A DNA stretch of 64,000 nucleotides, from positions 4,684,753-4,748,752 of the forward strand of contig JBNZDD010013678.1 in the NCBI GenBank assembly GCA_050575255.1, read 5' to 3'. The translations under genes and the position numbers were made by a program. A model generated the notes under the pieces. It was given only the letters and a program-made list of their open reading frames with translations. It was not told the origin of the DNA and made no database searches. The stretch is from Harriotta raleighana. Lineage: Eukaryota. How positions within the stretch are numbered: the first letter of the stretch is position 1; every line of letters starts with the position of its first letter. This document shows, piece by piece, positions 48,996-61,734 of the stretch.

Positions 48996-49086
48996 CAGCA
49001 ACATGTGCTTCAAAGGTTGCGGCACTACCCTCTAGAGCCACAACGCTTTGAAGCGGTTGTATGAAAGTCGGAGCTTGCGTGGCCAT
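48996..49086 (-). CDS. TTN: Titin exon 2 coding part (start codon; exon begins at 49099)
   Basis: ttttag|AGTGCCTATAAAA ATG; 91 coding nt MATQAPTFIQPLQSVVALEGSAATFEAHVAG|gtaagt. Confidence 0.97.
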
Positions 49087-49244
49087 TTTTATAGGCACTC
49101 TAAAACACAACAGAAATCCCTCGGTTAATGACAAAGAATTTTAACTGGTGTCTTCACATGCGAGTTTTGAGTAGAATAATTGTCTAGAAGAATAAAATAA
49201 ATAAGGTTCTTATACCAATGTAGTTAGCTTCACAAAAGTGCCTT

Positions 49245-49700
49245 ACACAACAACAACAACTTGGACTTTTATAGCGCCCTCCACGCAAGATATTGTCTCA
49301 CCTCACTTAACAGTTATGGAGCCTGATTTTGAGCCGATGGGGAGGCAGATGAATGTGACCACAGATGAATGTGGTTGAAAACTAAGGGCGAGAGAGAAGG
49401 CAAGGTGGTGGGTTTGAGGGAGAGTGTTCCACAGTTTGGGGGCGTAGTGGCTAAAAGTGCGACCTCCATTGGTGGAGTACAATTTGTGGGAGACAAGTAG
49501 GAGATCGGTCCCAGTTGAGCGGAGGCTCCGGGTGGTGAATTGGGGAGTGAGGAGGTCGTAGACGTAGAGAGATGCCAGGTAGTGAATGTATTTGAACACG
49601 AGTGTGAGGATCTTAAAGTCGATTTGTTCGATGAAAGGAAGCTAGTGGAGCCTGGGCAAAACTGGTGAGATGGGGGTACACAGTCTGGTCTGGGTAAATG
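49245..49700 (-). mobile_element. L2-like LINE 3' fragment; similar fragments near 5950-6260, 32180-32498, 53850-54065, 58615-59030
   Basis: Remnant ..YDLLTPQFTTRSLRS..GGRTFSHYAPKLWNTLP, typical of the L2 ORF2 end; (gtt)n tail. Confidence 0.7.
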
Positions 49701-50469
49701 TGTGGGCAACAGAAATCACAGTATTTGGCTGACTAGCGGTAATGATTTAAAATAGTTTTTCCCCCTTGAGCTGTTTCTAGTGAGGAATCTTTTAAATTTT
49801 GTGCAGTTCGCCCTCATATTGAAGAAGATTTAATCTTGATATTTCCATGTGTTATCTTCATTTATTCTTTATCTTATGGCAGAGCTATGTAATGTGAGAT
49901 GGAGCTGTGGTATGAGTCATTAGCATGTGGATAAACCTCATAAGTACTTGTGGGATGTAATTCGAGCTGTTTGTGACACAGTTCTATGAAAACAGTTGAT
50001 ACTGAAAAGCTTTGGACATTATAAAAAGAAAGAGATAAAATAAACTTGTGTTATGTAACATTTCTACTTTGCCTACAAAATACACACAGATAGACAACTT
50101 TACAGTGTATCCTGTGAGGCGCTTTGACCCAGCTCAATAACATGATAAGGTTCTATATCAAATGCAATGATTATTATTATAATTTCAGATTGGCCCTGTT
50201 GTAACCACAGATCATATTATGTTGTCCAAATGCAGGCAAAGATGTTAATAAGTGCTTGATATTTTTCTGATCAATATATTTTCAGGAAAGAAACAGAAAA
50301 ATCTTTCAAATCAAATCAGAAATAAATCATTTATTTAAATTAAATTGAAAAATTAAAAAAAAACAATATAGTAAACATTACATTTAATGAAATACTAATA
50401 TATATGCAATGCCATCAATTCAGAAACTTTGATAAACAACTTTATGTCGCAACACTTGTAGTTCTTTAA

Positions 50470-50960
50470 TGGAGTGTAAGTGAGCTTGCAACATTTTCTA
50501 AATCTGAATCTTGGTGTCAGTATAAGTGATGATCAGCTGGCTTGGGGTTGAAGAGCTTGGGTTTAAATTTAGCCAAATGTCAATGATTGACAGAGGACAA
50601 ATGCCACATAGCTAGTGGTACAAATAATAGCTCATACACTGATTCCCTTAAAAAGTCATCACTGCCTGGCTGATGCCATATGCATATCATCAGTACTATT
50701 TTTAGCAGTCCTCAAATCATCCATCCATAGCCTAACCTTGAAAACTTTAAAAGTTACAATTGTCTTTTAGGCTTCCCTCGTTTAATTAAACAGCTATTTT
50801 CTAGATATTTATCCAAACAGAGTTTGTTTCCAAATATTTCAACACTCATCGTTGTCCAGCGATGAATTTCATACACAAAAGACCGACTAACATAAGAATT
50901 AAGTGATCAAAGTTTCAAAATGTATATTTTAAATGAACTTTTCACGCTCCCGAGCACTTA
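50470..50960. promoter_or_regulatory. Candidate muscle enhancer in TTN intron 1
   Basis: MEF2-consensus CTATTTTTAG (50696-50705) and TTAAATTTAG (50563-50572), E-box CAGCTG (~50534), several TAAGTG NKX-type sites. Confidence 0.5.
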
Positions 50961-51076
50961 TATTTAAGGGAATATCATACGACTTAAAAGCTTGTGTTAA
51001 ACAAAAGAATACTTAAATTAAGCAAAGAACCAAGAGGAACAAAATGCCACTTTGGAAGAAACAGAAATCTACTGAC

Positions 51077-51297
51077 CTGAATGTTCAAGAGTGCCCAAGT
51101 AAAGGGGCCAAGCCCTATGGAATATAGGTGTGGAACTGCCTCCTTATCCAGATATTTTTCAACAATCCACCGAGAGAATGGGTATACCTCTTACTAAAAG
51201 GAAACAAAACTACACACAGACTGTGGTCTGAGTGTAGTTTTAATTTTCCTATGCAATCCCTACACCCGAGGCAAGGCTGGGAGTGCCTGAACCGCTC
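51077..51297 (-). other. TTN: TTN non-coding exon 1 (5' UTR); TSS approximate
   Basis: CCCAGCCTTGCCTCGGGTGTAGGGATTGCATAG resembles the mammalian TTN 5' UTR as I recall it; donor TCAG|gtcagt; TATA ~30 nt upstream. Confidence 0.82.
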
Positions 51298-51323
51298 AGA
51301 ATTGCTAACATGGTCGTTTCGCC

Positions 51324-51440
51324 TTTTATACCACAGCTCTACGGACAATTATGCAGCATGATTACCCCAAGACTTCTGATTGGGTATTCCGTCAAGGCTT
51401 CATGGGAAAGGGATCCCGTTATATGGAACCCAACAGCTGT
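51324..51440 (-). promoter_or_regulatory. TTN core promoter: TATA box and E-box
   Basis: TATAAAA on minus at 51324-51330; myogenic E-box AACAGCTGT (CAGCTG 51434-51439). Confidence 0.72.
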
Positions 51441-52424
51441 CAGTCACTTCACTTTTATGCAGACAGTGCTAATTTTGTCGCATTAAGTTCTGAGGGTTAG
51501 TTCTATTCCATCATCTTGTTCATAATGATTAAGTTCAGTTAAAGTAACAACAGACTACGTGTCTGACCCTTTCCTTGGTCGGTTCTTACTTTGCTGTATT
51601 CTTGTTATCACCAAAACTGATAAGGAAAGAATGAAGCCCTTAGCAACAGGACGCATTTGAATGCACAAGTCCTGTCTGTCGCTGTCAATCACTTTCAAGA
51701 CCATTTTGCTCCTCCGACATATGGACACCAGCAACTGTATGTGCCAATCACCAAACCAAACGCAAAACTCTTCTATTTACCAAAGAGCAAATCTAATTTA
51801 AATGTTTTGAAATGCAGACAAACTCCAAACTACAGCAATATTTTTTGGGGGGAGATTCCACAATTGCTTCTTTTTGTATTCAAGTAAAGACTCTCAACAT
51901 ATTCAAAAGGGCATAAGGTAGAATGATATGTAATTCTATCTCATTGTAAAAATGGACTGAAATGTAATGAGAGATCAATTGCTTTGGTTGATTTGAAGGT
52001 TAAGTTGTTAAAATATCATGAAATATAAAACTACACTACTTTCAATTTATTGGTAGAAACTGGTCATGAGAAACAGATTACTTTTGCAAGCTACATCTTA
52101 ATGAAAATAGTAAAAATATTTACTATATATAGTATTGCATTACTATAAAAATACAATTCTGCTAACAAATTCGAAGTGTATTAACACCAAAATCGAAAGC
52201 TGAGATGTTGATGATTTTACGGGGCAAAATTAAGATAAGGAGTTTTATGTAAATAAACCTATCAGGGTGCTCTGTAGTTCCACAGTGAATACTTCAATGC
52301 CTCATATTTCAGATTTTCAATTTCAATCTACATGTACTAACAACCCTTGGCTAATCCTTCAATTTTTCACAATGTTGAGACCTCTCAAAGAACTCCACAG
52401 AACATATTGTAAAGTGAACTGTAG

Positions 52425-52455
<31 letters not shown>

Positions 52456-52814
52456 GACCCACTCACAATACAAAATAACATTTGTATAAGAACATTCACA
52501 TCGAGAGGATGTCACAATCCACTGGACAGTCAGAGATTTGGACCCAAATGGGGGGAGATTGAAATCAGGGAGAATGGAGTGCAGGCAAGGTAGGAGGGTG
52601 GCCAGAGGCGTAGTCAAAGAGGAGAGAAATGGATATACTGTAAAGGGATCAGTTGGTAGTGCACAGTCTTGACTGACACTCCAATGCAGTGTTGCTCCAC
52701 TTTATTATAGTATCTTTGCATTTTATGTGCATTTGAAGGGTTGTCCTATGTGTTCCATGGTAACACAAACTGAAAGGCATCAGCTGCCAAAGAAAAAGAC
52801 ATTGAATAACCTAC

Positions 52815-52977
52815 CCCAACTGAACTTGTCCAGTCTCTGATCTTTGGCCTTTTATATAACTTGCTGCAAGGCATTTCAGATTTGCAGCTGATTCAGTTGT
52901 CACTGTCATTGTCATATCTTTACGACCTTTTTCAGCAGTGTCCTTGATAAAAGTGCATAGTTGTCCTTTAGGTTTTT
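52815..52977 (-). CDS. Candidate linker exon between the CCDC141 Ig exons and TTN
   Basis: ccatttcag| acceptor; open in phase 1 (EKPKGQLC..QVQL); GG|gtaggt donor overlapping the in-frame TAG; no recognisable homology. Confidence 0.35.
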
Positions 52978-54927
52978 CTGAAATGGCAATTGAGATCAAG
53001 TGGAATTAGAAATGTTTCTCCAAATGATGTAGTAATTCATCAATTAGGCATTTTTCACGGTGTACTGGTTTTACCATAGATCTTTTTAAATCCTGTGGAT
53101 TTAGACAAAATAGTCATTATATTAGTTGTTTTTGCATTGATGGTCTTGTTGGTAATATGATTAAATATTAGTGTCCAAACCTATCTTATAGGATATGATT
53201 TCAAATGACAAGTCAAATACCCTTTGCCCTCAACAAGGAGAACTTTGATTGAAGTGAATGGTTTAAAATATAGAATTAGAGGTTAAGTGTTTTAAACCCA
53301 CAATGAAACCTTGCAGACTGTTTTACTGGTTTCTGTGAGAAAATTAGATTTTTACAGCATCATTCATCTTGTAAAATAACCCATTATTAAAACTCATGTT
53401 TATTACCTACCGTAACTATAATAAACTGATTCTGAAATATTAACATAAACCTAATCATTATCTATGACAATATATGTCTGTACTGATGATGCTATATGAT
53501 ATTAAGGGTGACAAACTATGAAGTAAACACTGTTTAGCTCTTACAAATCAACGATAAGGTTGAACGGTTAAAATTCATACACGCCTACATTTTTCAACTT
53601 GCAAAATGCCTACCCTTTCTGCTTGAATAGAACATTTCTCAAGAGAATAATAGGGAGGCAGTCAAATCATTGGGAGACAGTCATCTAATCAATGTTTTTT
53701 TGATGTCATGAATGTGAAAGAGAAATTAGTGTAGATGTAACAATCAGTCGGAAATCAAATCCATTCTAAGGTATTCATTATCATTGGATTCTGTTTCCTG
53801 GAATGTTTTTGGATTGTCTTTATACTACAATAACAGCAAAATTACTTTCTAGAGCAACTTTCACGTTGGGACAATGTCCCAAGGCGCTGTACAGTCAGGT
53901 CAGGACTCGAGCAAGGGGGAGGGACAGGGTAGTGGGGATGGATGGGAGAGAGTTAGATGGGGTGGGATAGAGTTGGGAGGGTAGCGAGGATCTTGAAACC
54001 GGCCTTGAAGGAGCCAAGGGAGGAAGCAAGGCGAAGGGACTGTGGGTGGAGTTCCAGAGTGTGGGGATAATAATCGTGGAAAAAGGGAATTGGATAAGGA
54101 GTTGAAGATGTAGAATACATAACAATACAGAGCAAAAGCAGTGATGTGGGATTAAAATTGGACATTGCACTTTCAACCACTACACACCAAAGCTCTGGAA
54201 CACTCTACCTCAATCCTGCCGCTTTTTCCCCTCTCTCCCCTTTTCCATATCCCTCCTGAAAACCTTCCTTTTCGACCATGCTTACGATCACTTACCCCAC
54301 CCACTCAGATTCAGGCTCCATTATTGTTAAGTGCTCTGAGACACTACCCTGTGTGGATGGCACAATGTGAGTGCATGTTGTTGTTGTATTAGTTTAGATA
54401 GCAACCAATGGATGAGCTGTACCCTATCTTGCGCTTGAAGAGTGCAAATGACCCCCTTGTCTGCTATAATTGATTTCATTCCATGAGTACCATAAATGGA
54501 ATAGGTGGTATTAATCAGTTCATTTTTGAGCTGATAATGGCTGATGTTCTCAGCTAAAGTTTTTTCTCCGCGCCCCAGGCTTCTTCATATTGTTACTGCA
54601 CATTCACATTCAGCAGCTTGGCTTGAAGAATTTCTGTGTTGGAAGTTTATTGAAAACTTTGTCAGTCGATTACTTGGAAATAATACGATTAGCTTCGACC
54701 TTTAGTGCTCCAGTCAGCAGAGACTCTCACTGAATCTCAATGTGATCTTCAACCCTTCTGTCTGAGAAATGAGCATCTACCTAGTCCTGTGCTTAACTTG
54801 AATGTTAACATTTTATCTTGAAGCCATAATTGTCATCCAGCTATCATCACTGGATTAATGATAAGCACAGTGGTACATAATGCAGGAAATATCCAAACAT
54901 TTTTTAATTGTATCAAATCATAATTAC

Positions 54928-55057
54928 CTGTAACAACTACTGAAGCAGAGCAGCACACTTCACCTTCTGTGTTTGTGGCAATGCAACGATACAAGCCACT
55001 ATCAGCTGAGCCAACGTTTCTTTTCCTAAATACATGCGTTTCACCTGAGCTTGTTAC
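54928..55057 (-). CDS. CCDC141: Extra Ig exon, second half, downstream of CCDC141
   Basis: ttcag|GTA, ACAG|gtaatt; ADSGLYRCIATNTEGEVCCSASVVVT; phase 0-1. Confidence 0.75.
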
Positions 55058-55178
55058 CTGAACAAAACAACACATTGTAGTAGTTCAATAATGGCTACGG
55101 GACTAAACAGGTTCCACCTGAATTATCTTTCAAAATAAGTGTGCAAATGGAGAAAAAATAAAAGCAAATGATTCTCAC

Positions 55179-55333
55179 ATTGGAATTTCTGGGTGACAGC
55201 ACTGTGGAATCTTTAAACCACATCACACTTGGCTTGGGTTTTCCTGATATAATACACTGGAGTATCAGATCATTCCCTTGCATCAAAACACAATCAGCAA
55301 ATCTCTTTTCAAAGTCAGGCGCCTTGTCTTGTA
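55179..55333 (-). CDS. CCDC141: Extra Ig exon, first half, downstream of CCDC141
   Basis: ttctag|TA, AAT|gtgaga; APDFEKRFADCVLMQGNDLILQCIISGKPKPSVMWFKD; phase 1-0 fits the donor at 61848. Confidence 0.75.
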
Positions 55334-58159
55334 CTAGAAATAAATGACATTGTTCTTTTTAAAAAAAATTGGGTGAGTAACTGGAATGACATTAGCAGCG
55401 AAAGTTATTTTTAGAAATAAAGTTTCTCGAACAAAGATCTTCATTTGAATAAAATGCTTTATTAGAAAGACAGAGCGTGCAGAGAATCATCCGCTGTAAT
55501 AATCAAGGCCATGCAAATTACTCCTGATTAATTTTCACAGATGCGTTTGCTATAATGAAGAGAAAATTGAACGTTTCGGATACAGAAGAACCAAGGAAAA
55601 AGTTGCCAGTTTGATCAATTTAGCAATACACTTACCACAATACAATCCACTGTTTATCGATATCTTGTACTGAAAGGATTGTGCTGGTAGAGAGTTGAAA
55701 TGCTAATTCCAGGGATGGTTCTGGTATGAAGGAATTTGCAATACTATTGGCAATTAACTTAGAGTTTGTTGAATTAATTTTTTTAATTTTGATTTATTTA
55801 ATTACATTTTAATTTTAATTTTCCAAGCCTTCTATCTATAGGAATATAGGAACAGAAGAAGGCCATTCACACCTTGAGTCTGTTCTGCCATTCAATTAAA
55901 TCATGGCTGATTTGTTCCTCAACTCCAAATACTGTATCAGGCTTTGCCTACATTTCATGACTATATAAGGGTTGCATTGATCGAGAAAACAAACTTGGCA
56001 AAGTTGTGGGTTTCTTTTTTGCCCTTGACAGAGATGCAGTGCATTTTATATTACCTTGCGCTGATCAATAGTCTCCATTCGATACACTTCTACACAATAA
56101 TTTTGTGATTAATTTAATCTTCTACAGTGTTGGAATTGACTTTGTTTTCAAACAGAACAATTTCAGCAAGTCACTTCCCAATGAATGATTTTTTTTTACT
56201 AAATAATTGCGAGCTGCATGCATAAGCCAATCAAATTATATGCAATGGGCAGCAAAAACAAAATAGGAATAGCATATACAGTAGTTCTGACTATTAATAC
56301 ATCTATATAGTGCCCGGGTGCAGAGCTCATGAGAAAAGAGCAATGTGATCCTCTAGGGCATCTTTGGTGGGTGCCTGCTGTTGGTGACTGTTGACGTGAA
56401 TACAGCGACAATCCTGGTGATACAATTACCTCCTTCATTAATTCATTTCACAAAGAAATGTACTCAAAGATTCATGACTGTAGCAAAATTAAATTGACTG
56501 TAAAGCTGCTCAAAAATAATAGCAATCGAATTGGTACCAAAATGAGTACTTTCCATGTAATGTACTTGGGACTTCTTCACTCCAATATGCAGCCCAATGT
56601 TGCTAAGCCTTTGTAAGACAGCTCTGTATTAATTTCTCATACAGGGGCAAAGATTCCTGACTGCTTTGGTGAAACATTAATATTCTTCATTAAATCACTC
56701 ATGAAATAGCATTAATAATTCTTTTAGAGGTGTCTGCTGCACTGTGCTTCGCTTAAAGTTTTGCTTTAATGCCCTTTATGTAGACCTTATTAAACAAAAT
56801 TGGCCTTTTTTTATGGCCTTGTAACTGAAAAAAAATTCTAAGGTTTGGAAAACCGACAGTAATACATTGTCTATTAATGCAATCTCTCAACAACCAGCCG
56901 TATTATGCATGTCTTGATGGTCACCAGAGTTGCGATGACATGAATGTCGGGCTATTTATTTTAAAGTGAGGCTTTTCACAAATTATTTGACATTAATAAC
57001 AGCTGTAGTGTTTTGACTTTGTGGAATAAATGAAGGGATGTCATTAGGCCAGTCGCCGGGTTACCTTTTGATTGAATTGAATTGTTGAGGACATTAAAAG
57101 AATTCTAAAATGCCAGTGAAATAAATTGATTTCTGTTCAGCCTATGAAACCAGAGAATTCAGATTGCCCTGTTGATTAGATCTAGAATTTGTACACAGCT
57201 TTTATTCACGAGAGTCTTTGGGAGGAATTTGCTGATGATCGCCACAATTGTCAATTTGCTCCCATAAGTTTACGGGCATTTAAAGTTCCCTTACTTTCTA
57301 CACAGTTTAAGATTATTCTTCTTATTACTTTCACCTATCCTATTTTCTTCTTAGCCTCTCTAACGCTTATTCAAATAATTAAGACTTAAATATGATTTCT
57401 ATCTCATACTATTTTTTGATTTCCTGAGTCATTTAAATCCTTCTGGACCTTTTTGTTACAACAAATGTCCTCAATTATCTACTATCGTCTCAGCCTTCTG
57501 CTATTCTCCTTTCCTTAGGGATATACCTTATCTCTATACCTTCTTCAATAAAAGTTATCTTTGTTCTTCTTTTGTTCTATTAATTTCTAGTCTCTCCCCA
57601 CCCCAACCCCCTCATCTCCTCCTTATTTCAGTCCCTGAAATTAATTTCAATGTTTCATCTGAATATCCATCCAAGATTAAATCAGGAATTAAATCACCAT
57701 GATTGAGCTGTTGTGGTTTCAAGGGCTTATGAGCAATTGTAAGGTAGCTCACGTAAGCATAAAGCTGGAGCTATTGCTGCTTAATGCTGGACTCGGCTTT
57801 GTTTAAACGTCTGACTGTATCATAATTTCAGAGGCTGAAGAAGAACGATTATTAGGGCAGTTGCATTTGGAACAGCCCTTCACCCCCCTGGACCCATCTT
57901 TCACCAAGAAAAGCTGTGTAGATTGTTTGGCCCTTTGTGGTTGAAGGAAATCTCAACCAAGAGACCAGAAAATGGTTTGATAACAAGATTGATGTTGATA
58001 AAGAAATCACTTCAGCCCATCCCATTCATACCTCCCAAACATCAATCATAGTGTTTAAATGAGTCAACAGTCCAGTCATTGAGCAAATTTTCTTACNCCA
58101 ACTGCCCCTCAATCATAGTGTTTAAATGAGTCAACAGTCCAGTCATTGAGCAAATTTTC

Positions 58160-58412
58160 TTACTCTCCACACGCCTAATAATAATCTCTCAAAAAAAACA
58201 ATAATAAATTGATCACTTCAATCCACAACTGTTTGTGGGACACTGCTGTGCGCATACAAGGTACAACTAGTACAAGGTGCTTTGCTGCTGCATTTCGTCC
58301 ACATTTATATATACAGTCAATTCACTTTACAGCATATTCTGTAAGTGCTTTGAGACGTCTAGAAGACGTGTAAAGTTCTATATCAAATGCAAGGATTGTT
58401 ATTATTATTATT
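58160..58412 (+). mobile_element. tRNA-SINE family copy, truncated
   Basis: Body and (att)n tail match other copies. Confidence 0.72.
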
Positions 58413-61400
58413 GTTGTTGATTACTTTCTACTCTAAAGAAAATCTTCCTGGTATCTGTCCTGAAATTATCCTTTAAAACCCCAAACCTATGTCCTCTTAT
58501 TCTATTGTCCTGAAACATCCTAAATGATTCATCTGGGTTTATTTTTGCAATCCCATTTGACATTTTCTACCCTTCTATGTGGTCTCCTCTGAGTTGTCCT
58601 CTCCCAACTGAAGAAGAACAACAACAAAATTACACTTCTACAGCACCTTTCACTTCAGGAGGACGTCCCAAAGCGCTGAACAGTCAGGTCGGGACCTGAG
58701 CAGGGGGAGGGTCATGGATAGGGAGAGGGGGAGGGAGAGTGGGAGAGGGGAAAGAGTCAGGGGGCGAGCCAAAGGTGTGGTCGAAAAGGAAGGTCTTGAG
58801 ACCGGCCTTGAAGGAGGAAAGGGAGGAAGCAAGGCGGAGGGACTGAGGGATGGAGTTCCATAGTGTGGGAACAGAAAGGCTGAAAGCCCAGCCACCAATG
58901 GTTGGGCGGTTGGGACGAGGACACGGAGAAGGCCTCAGTCTGCTGAAAGGAAGGTGCGGGCAGGCTGATAGGGAGACAGCAGGTCAGAGAGACAGGCGGG
59001 GGCAAGGCCATGAGTGGCCTTGAAAGTGAAGAACCCAGCTTGGCTTTGTTGCTCAATGGTTTAAAGAAAAACATCTATTATATTTGACTGTCAGAGTGGA
59101 CAACCAACTGAGCAATATACTGCAAGTAAGTTTGCGGTTGTGAGGGAGCTATCATTATGACTAGTACATCATTTTCATAAATCTCCAGTTGTTATGTTGA
59201 CACAAAAGTCACACAAAGACATTACATTGTATATGTTACACAGAGACAAGACTCATCCGAGAATAAAATAATAGTTCTTAGTAACACAATTAATAATCTC
59301 AAGTTTATTTTATATCTGAACCAGTAGGAGACACGTTAATACAATGAAAATCAACTCTGGATGTTTTACTGGTCAATACACTCAATGTGTATATTTGTCA
59401 AGATTAGTAATATAGTGTATTGCTTCTCACCTCAGGTGCATGAACTCCACCCTTGTAAACATTTACTTTGTATTGACTTTTGAAGGAATATCAATATCAA
59501 AGTGAACATATTTCTGCAGCAAATACAGTCACGTTCATTTAGGTTGTCCTGATCTGCATAAATTTGAGTTTGTAAGGCATTTTCCTATCACATTACTACA
59601 TTCCTGCATTATTCTAATGGCAAAATATTCTTCTCTTTCCACTTTTTTTTTTAAAAAGGCTGCTTTGCTAAAATATCTAATTTCACTACAGTTACTACAC
59701 TTTATAGTATGTTCCGTGAAGCACTTTGAGACATCTTGAAGATTTGATAATGCGCCATAGCAAATGCAAGGATTACAGTGTGCATGACCGCCATGCAATG
59801 AAAATCTATTCACTTCCGTTGAGGAGAATAACCTCGCTATTGATTCTTGCTGAGAGATGAAGCTGTGCAAAGTTTGCTTTCTCTTTGTTCTTTATCCCTG
59901 CACCCAACTGCATTTTTATATAAATGATATCCGGAATGCTACAACAGAAATGTCAGATGAAGTTGTCAGCCGAACTATTATTTGTTATGTACTAAAGTTA
60001 ACAGAATTGAACAAACAAACTTTGCCTTCAGATGACATCTGACACCATAGACCATAAAGTTACTACTGGTAACCCATATATTGCTGTACCTGTAGAACAT
60101 GTATGTAGGGAGACATAGGGAGATAAAAATTTACTATAATATAAATTTAATTTTTGGATTTACAAGAACAAAATGTAAAAATAATTCAAAGAAAAAAAAC
60201 ATAAGTTATCTCTGCTTATTGCATGTTGTATAGTTTGCATTGTTTTGTTTGACGTGAGAAAGGAACTGCATTCATGCTACCTTTCACACATAGGAATTTA
60301 TTTAAATTGTAAAATACGAACATCAGAAGTGACTTTTAATGTGAACTACCTTGGATCCAACCTCCACATAAGTCAACCTCGAAACAGGCCAATATGTCCA
60401 GTGTATTTTCATTGCAACGAGCAGAGTAGAAAGTGCATTGTGTTAACCTGCATTTTTCAGTGTCTCTTAGTCAGTTTGGTTAAATTGGGATACCATTCCA
60501 CTATCAAAGGCCAGATTCAATAAATTGGATTTTGTTGGTCTCAGAGTGAGTGAAACCAAAGGTGAGGAATCATACTGTAATGTACACAGTGGAAAAGAGT
60601 AACAATACCAGGAACCAATACAAATGCAGCAATAAATTGTTGATAAAGTTTTGTCAACGCATTGCAAAGCTGTACAGGGAAATTTGCAGGGGGGAAAATG
60701 TAATTCATTTTAGGGACACATAGCCTTTCCATCTTCCTAAACTTTTAACTAATTAAAACTCATTTCAGAAACTAATTTCAGCTCAAAGCAATTTAAAAAA
60801 TTAAGAAGACTGAAATGTAATTATATTGGTGATCTGCTGTAGAGTTTTGTCAATGCTGCCTCAGAATTAATTTGCTTTAAATGCTTTTTTGTATGACTTC
60901 CCTAGTCTTTGTCAAAACGTACTGTACATTAAATCTTCATTGATTGTAAATTCTTATTTTACTCCCTTCTTTCTGTCTCATAGATTGGATGAGAGTGCAG
61001 ACATTCGTTTTTGTTCCCAGACTTCAGTCACTGTCTTGCTATCAGGTTGCAAATATATACTCTATTACCAGTTTGGGGTAAATCACAGCACATTTTCTAC
61101 TGCTTCATGCACAGTGCATTATAACATTAACACACTCCACTACTTATTCATCTAAAATTCCACCTGATCATTTTCCATTGTATCTATTCCAAAACATATT
61201 ACACAGACAGTATCAGGAAGATAAAGTTTTCTCACAAAAAAAGTTTCATATGTTAAAATATATAGATATGTTTAAATTCATCATAAAAATAGTTTCAAAT
61301 TTTTTTTTGATAAGAAACAGATAAGAATATCAGAAAGTGTGCAAATTAAAAACTGGTCAAATTGCTCAGTTTTTTGTGTTAACACTACTGTGAATGTGAA

Positions 61401-61734
61401 CGAACACGATGAAGGTTTTATTCAGTGTCACTGACTGTGTTATTAACAGTACGATTCCGTTAATGCTGTGCATCGGTACCGGAATATTATGACATCTCAC
61501 TGAGAAACAACAGTCAATGTTTCAAATTACATTACTAACATTTACCAGCATTTCAGTGAAATTTGGAATTTTCAATAAAAACGTTAATATTAAAAACTCT
61601 TTTGTGGTGCAGAGGCAGTGCATTATCATAGAAACATTGCATTGTGATATTATTTGTGGAAAGGACAGGTACCAACTTTATTTTTAGTACAAGGTGAAAA
61701 ACATCAATGTAATCAAAACAGTGATACATAACAG

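Larger units (their letters stand above)
1013..51297 (-). other. TTN: Titin/connectin gene, 5' portion (exon 1 to N2B exon); continues beyond window start
   Basis: Start MATQAPTFIQPLQSVVALEGSAATFEAHV; ordered Z-disk Ig, Z-repeat, I-band Ig, Novex and N2B exons with GT-AG boundaries and consistent phases. Confidence 0.99.

Noticed and set aside
54700-54765. Possible terminal exon after the 55-kb Ig exons (ttctcag|acag|)
   Set aside because: Both acceptors give only 11-14 codons before a stop, with no homology. Not supportable as a feature, though it would be an alternative to read-through.
58042-58163. 55-bp direct duplication
   Set aside because: The copies flank a lone N (58097); probably the same assembly artefact.
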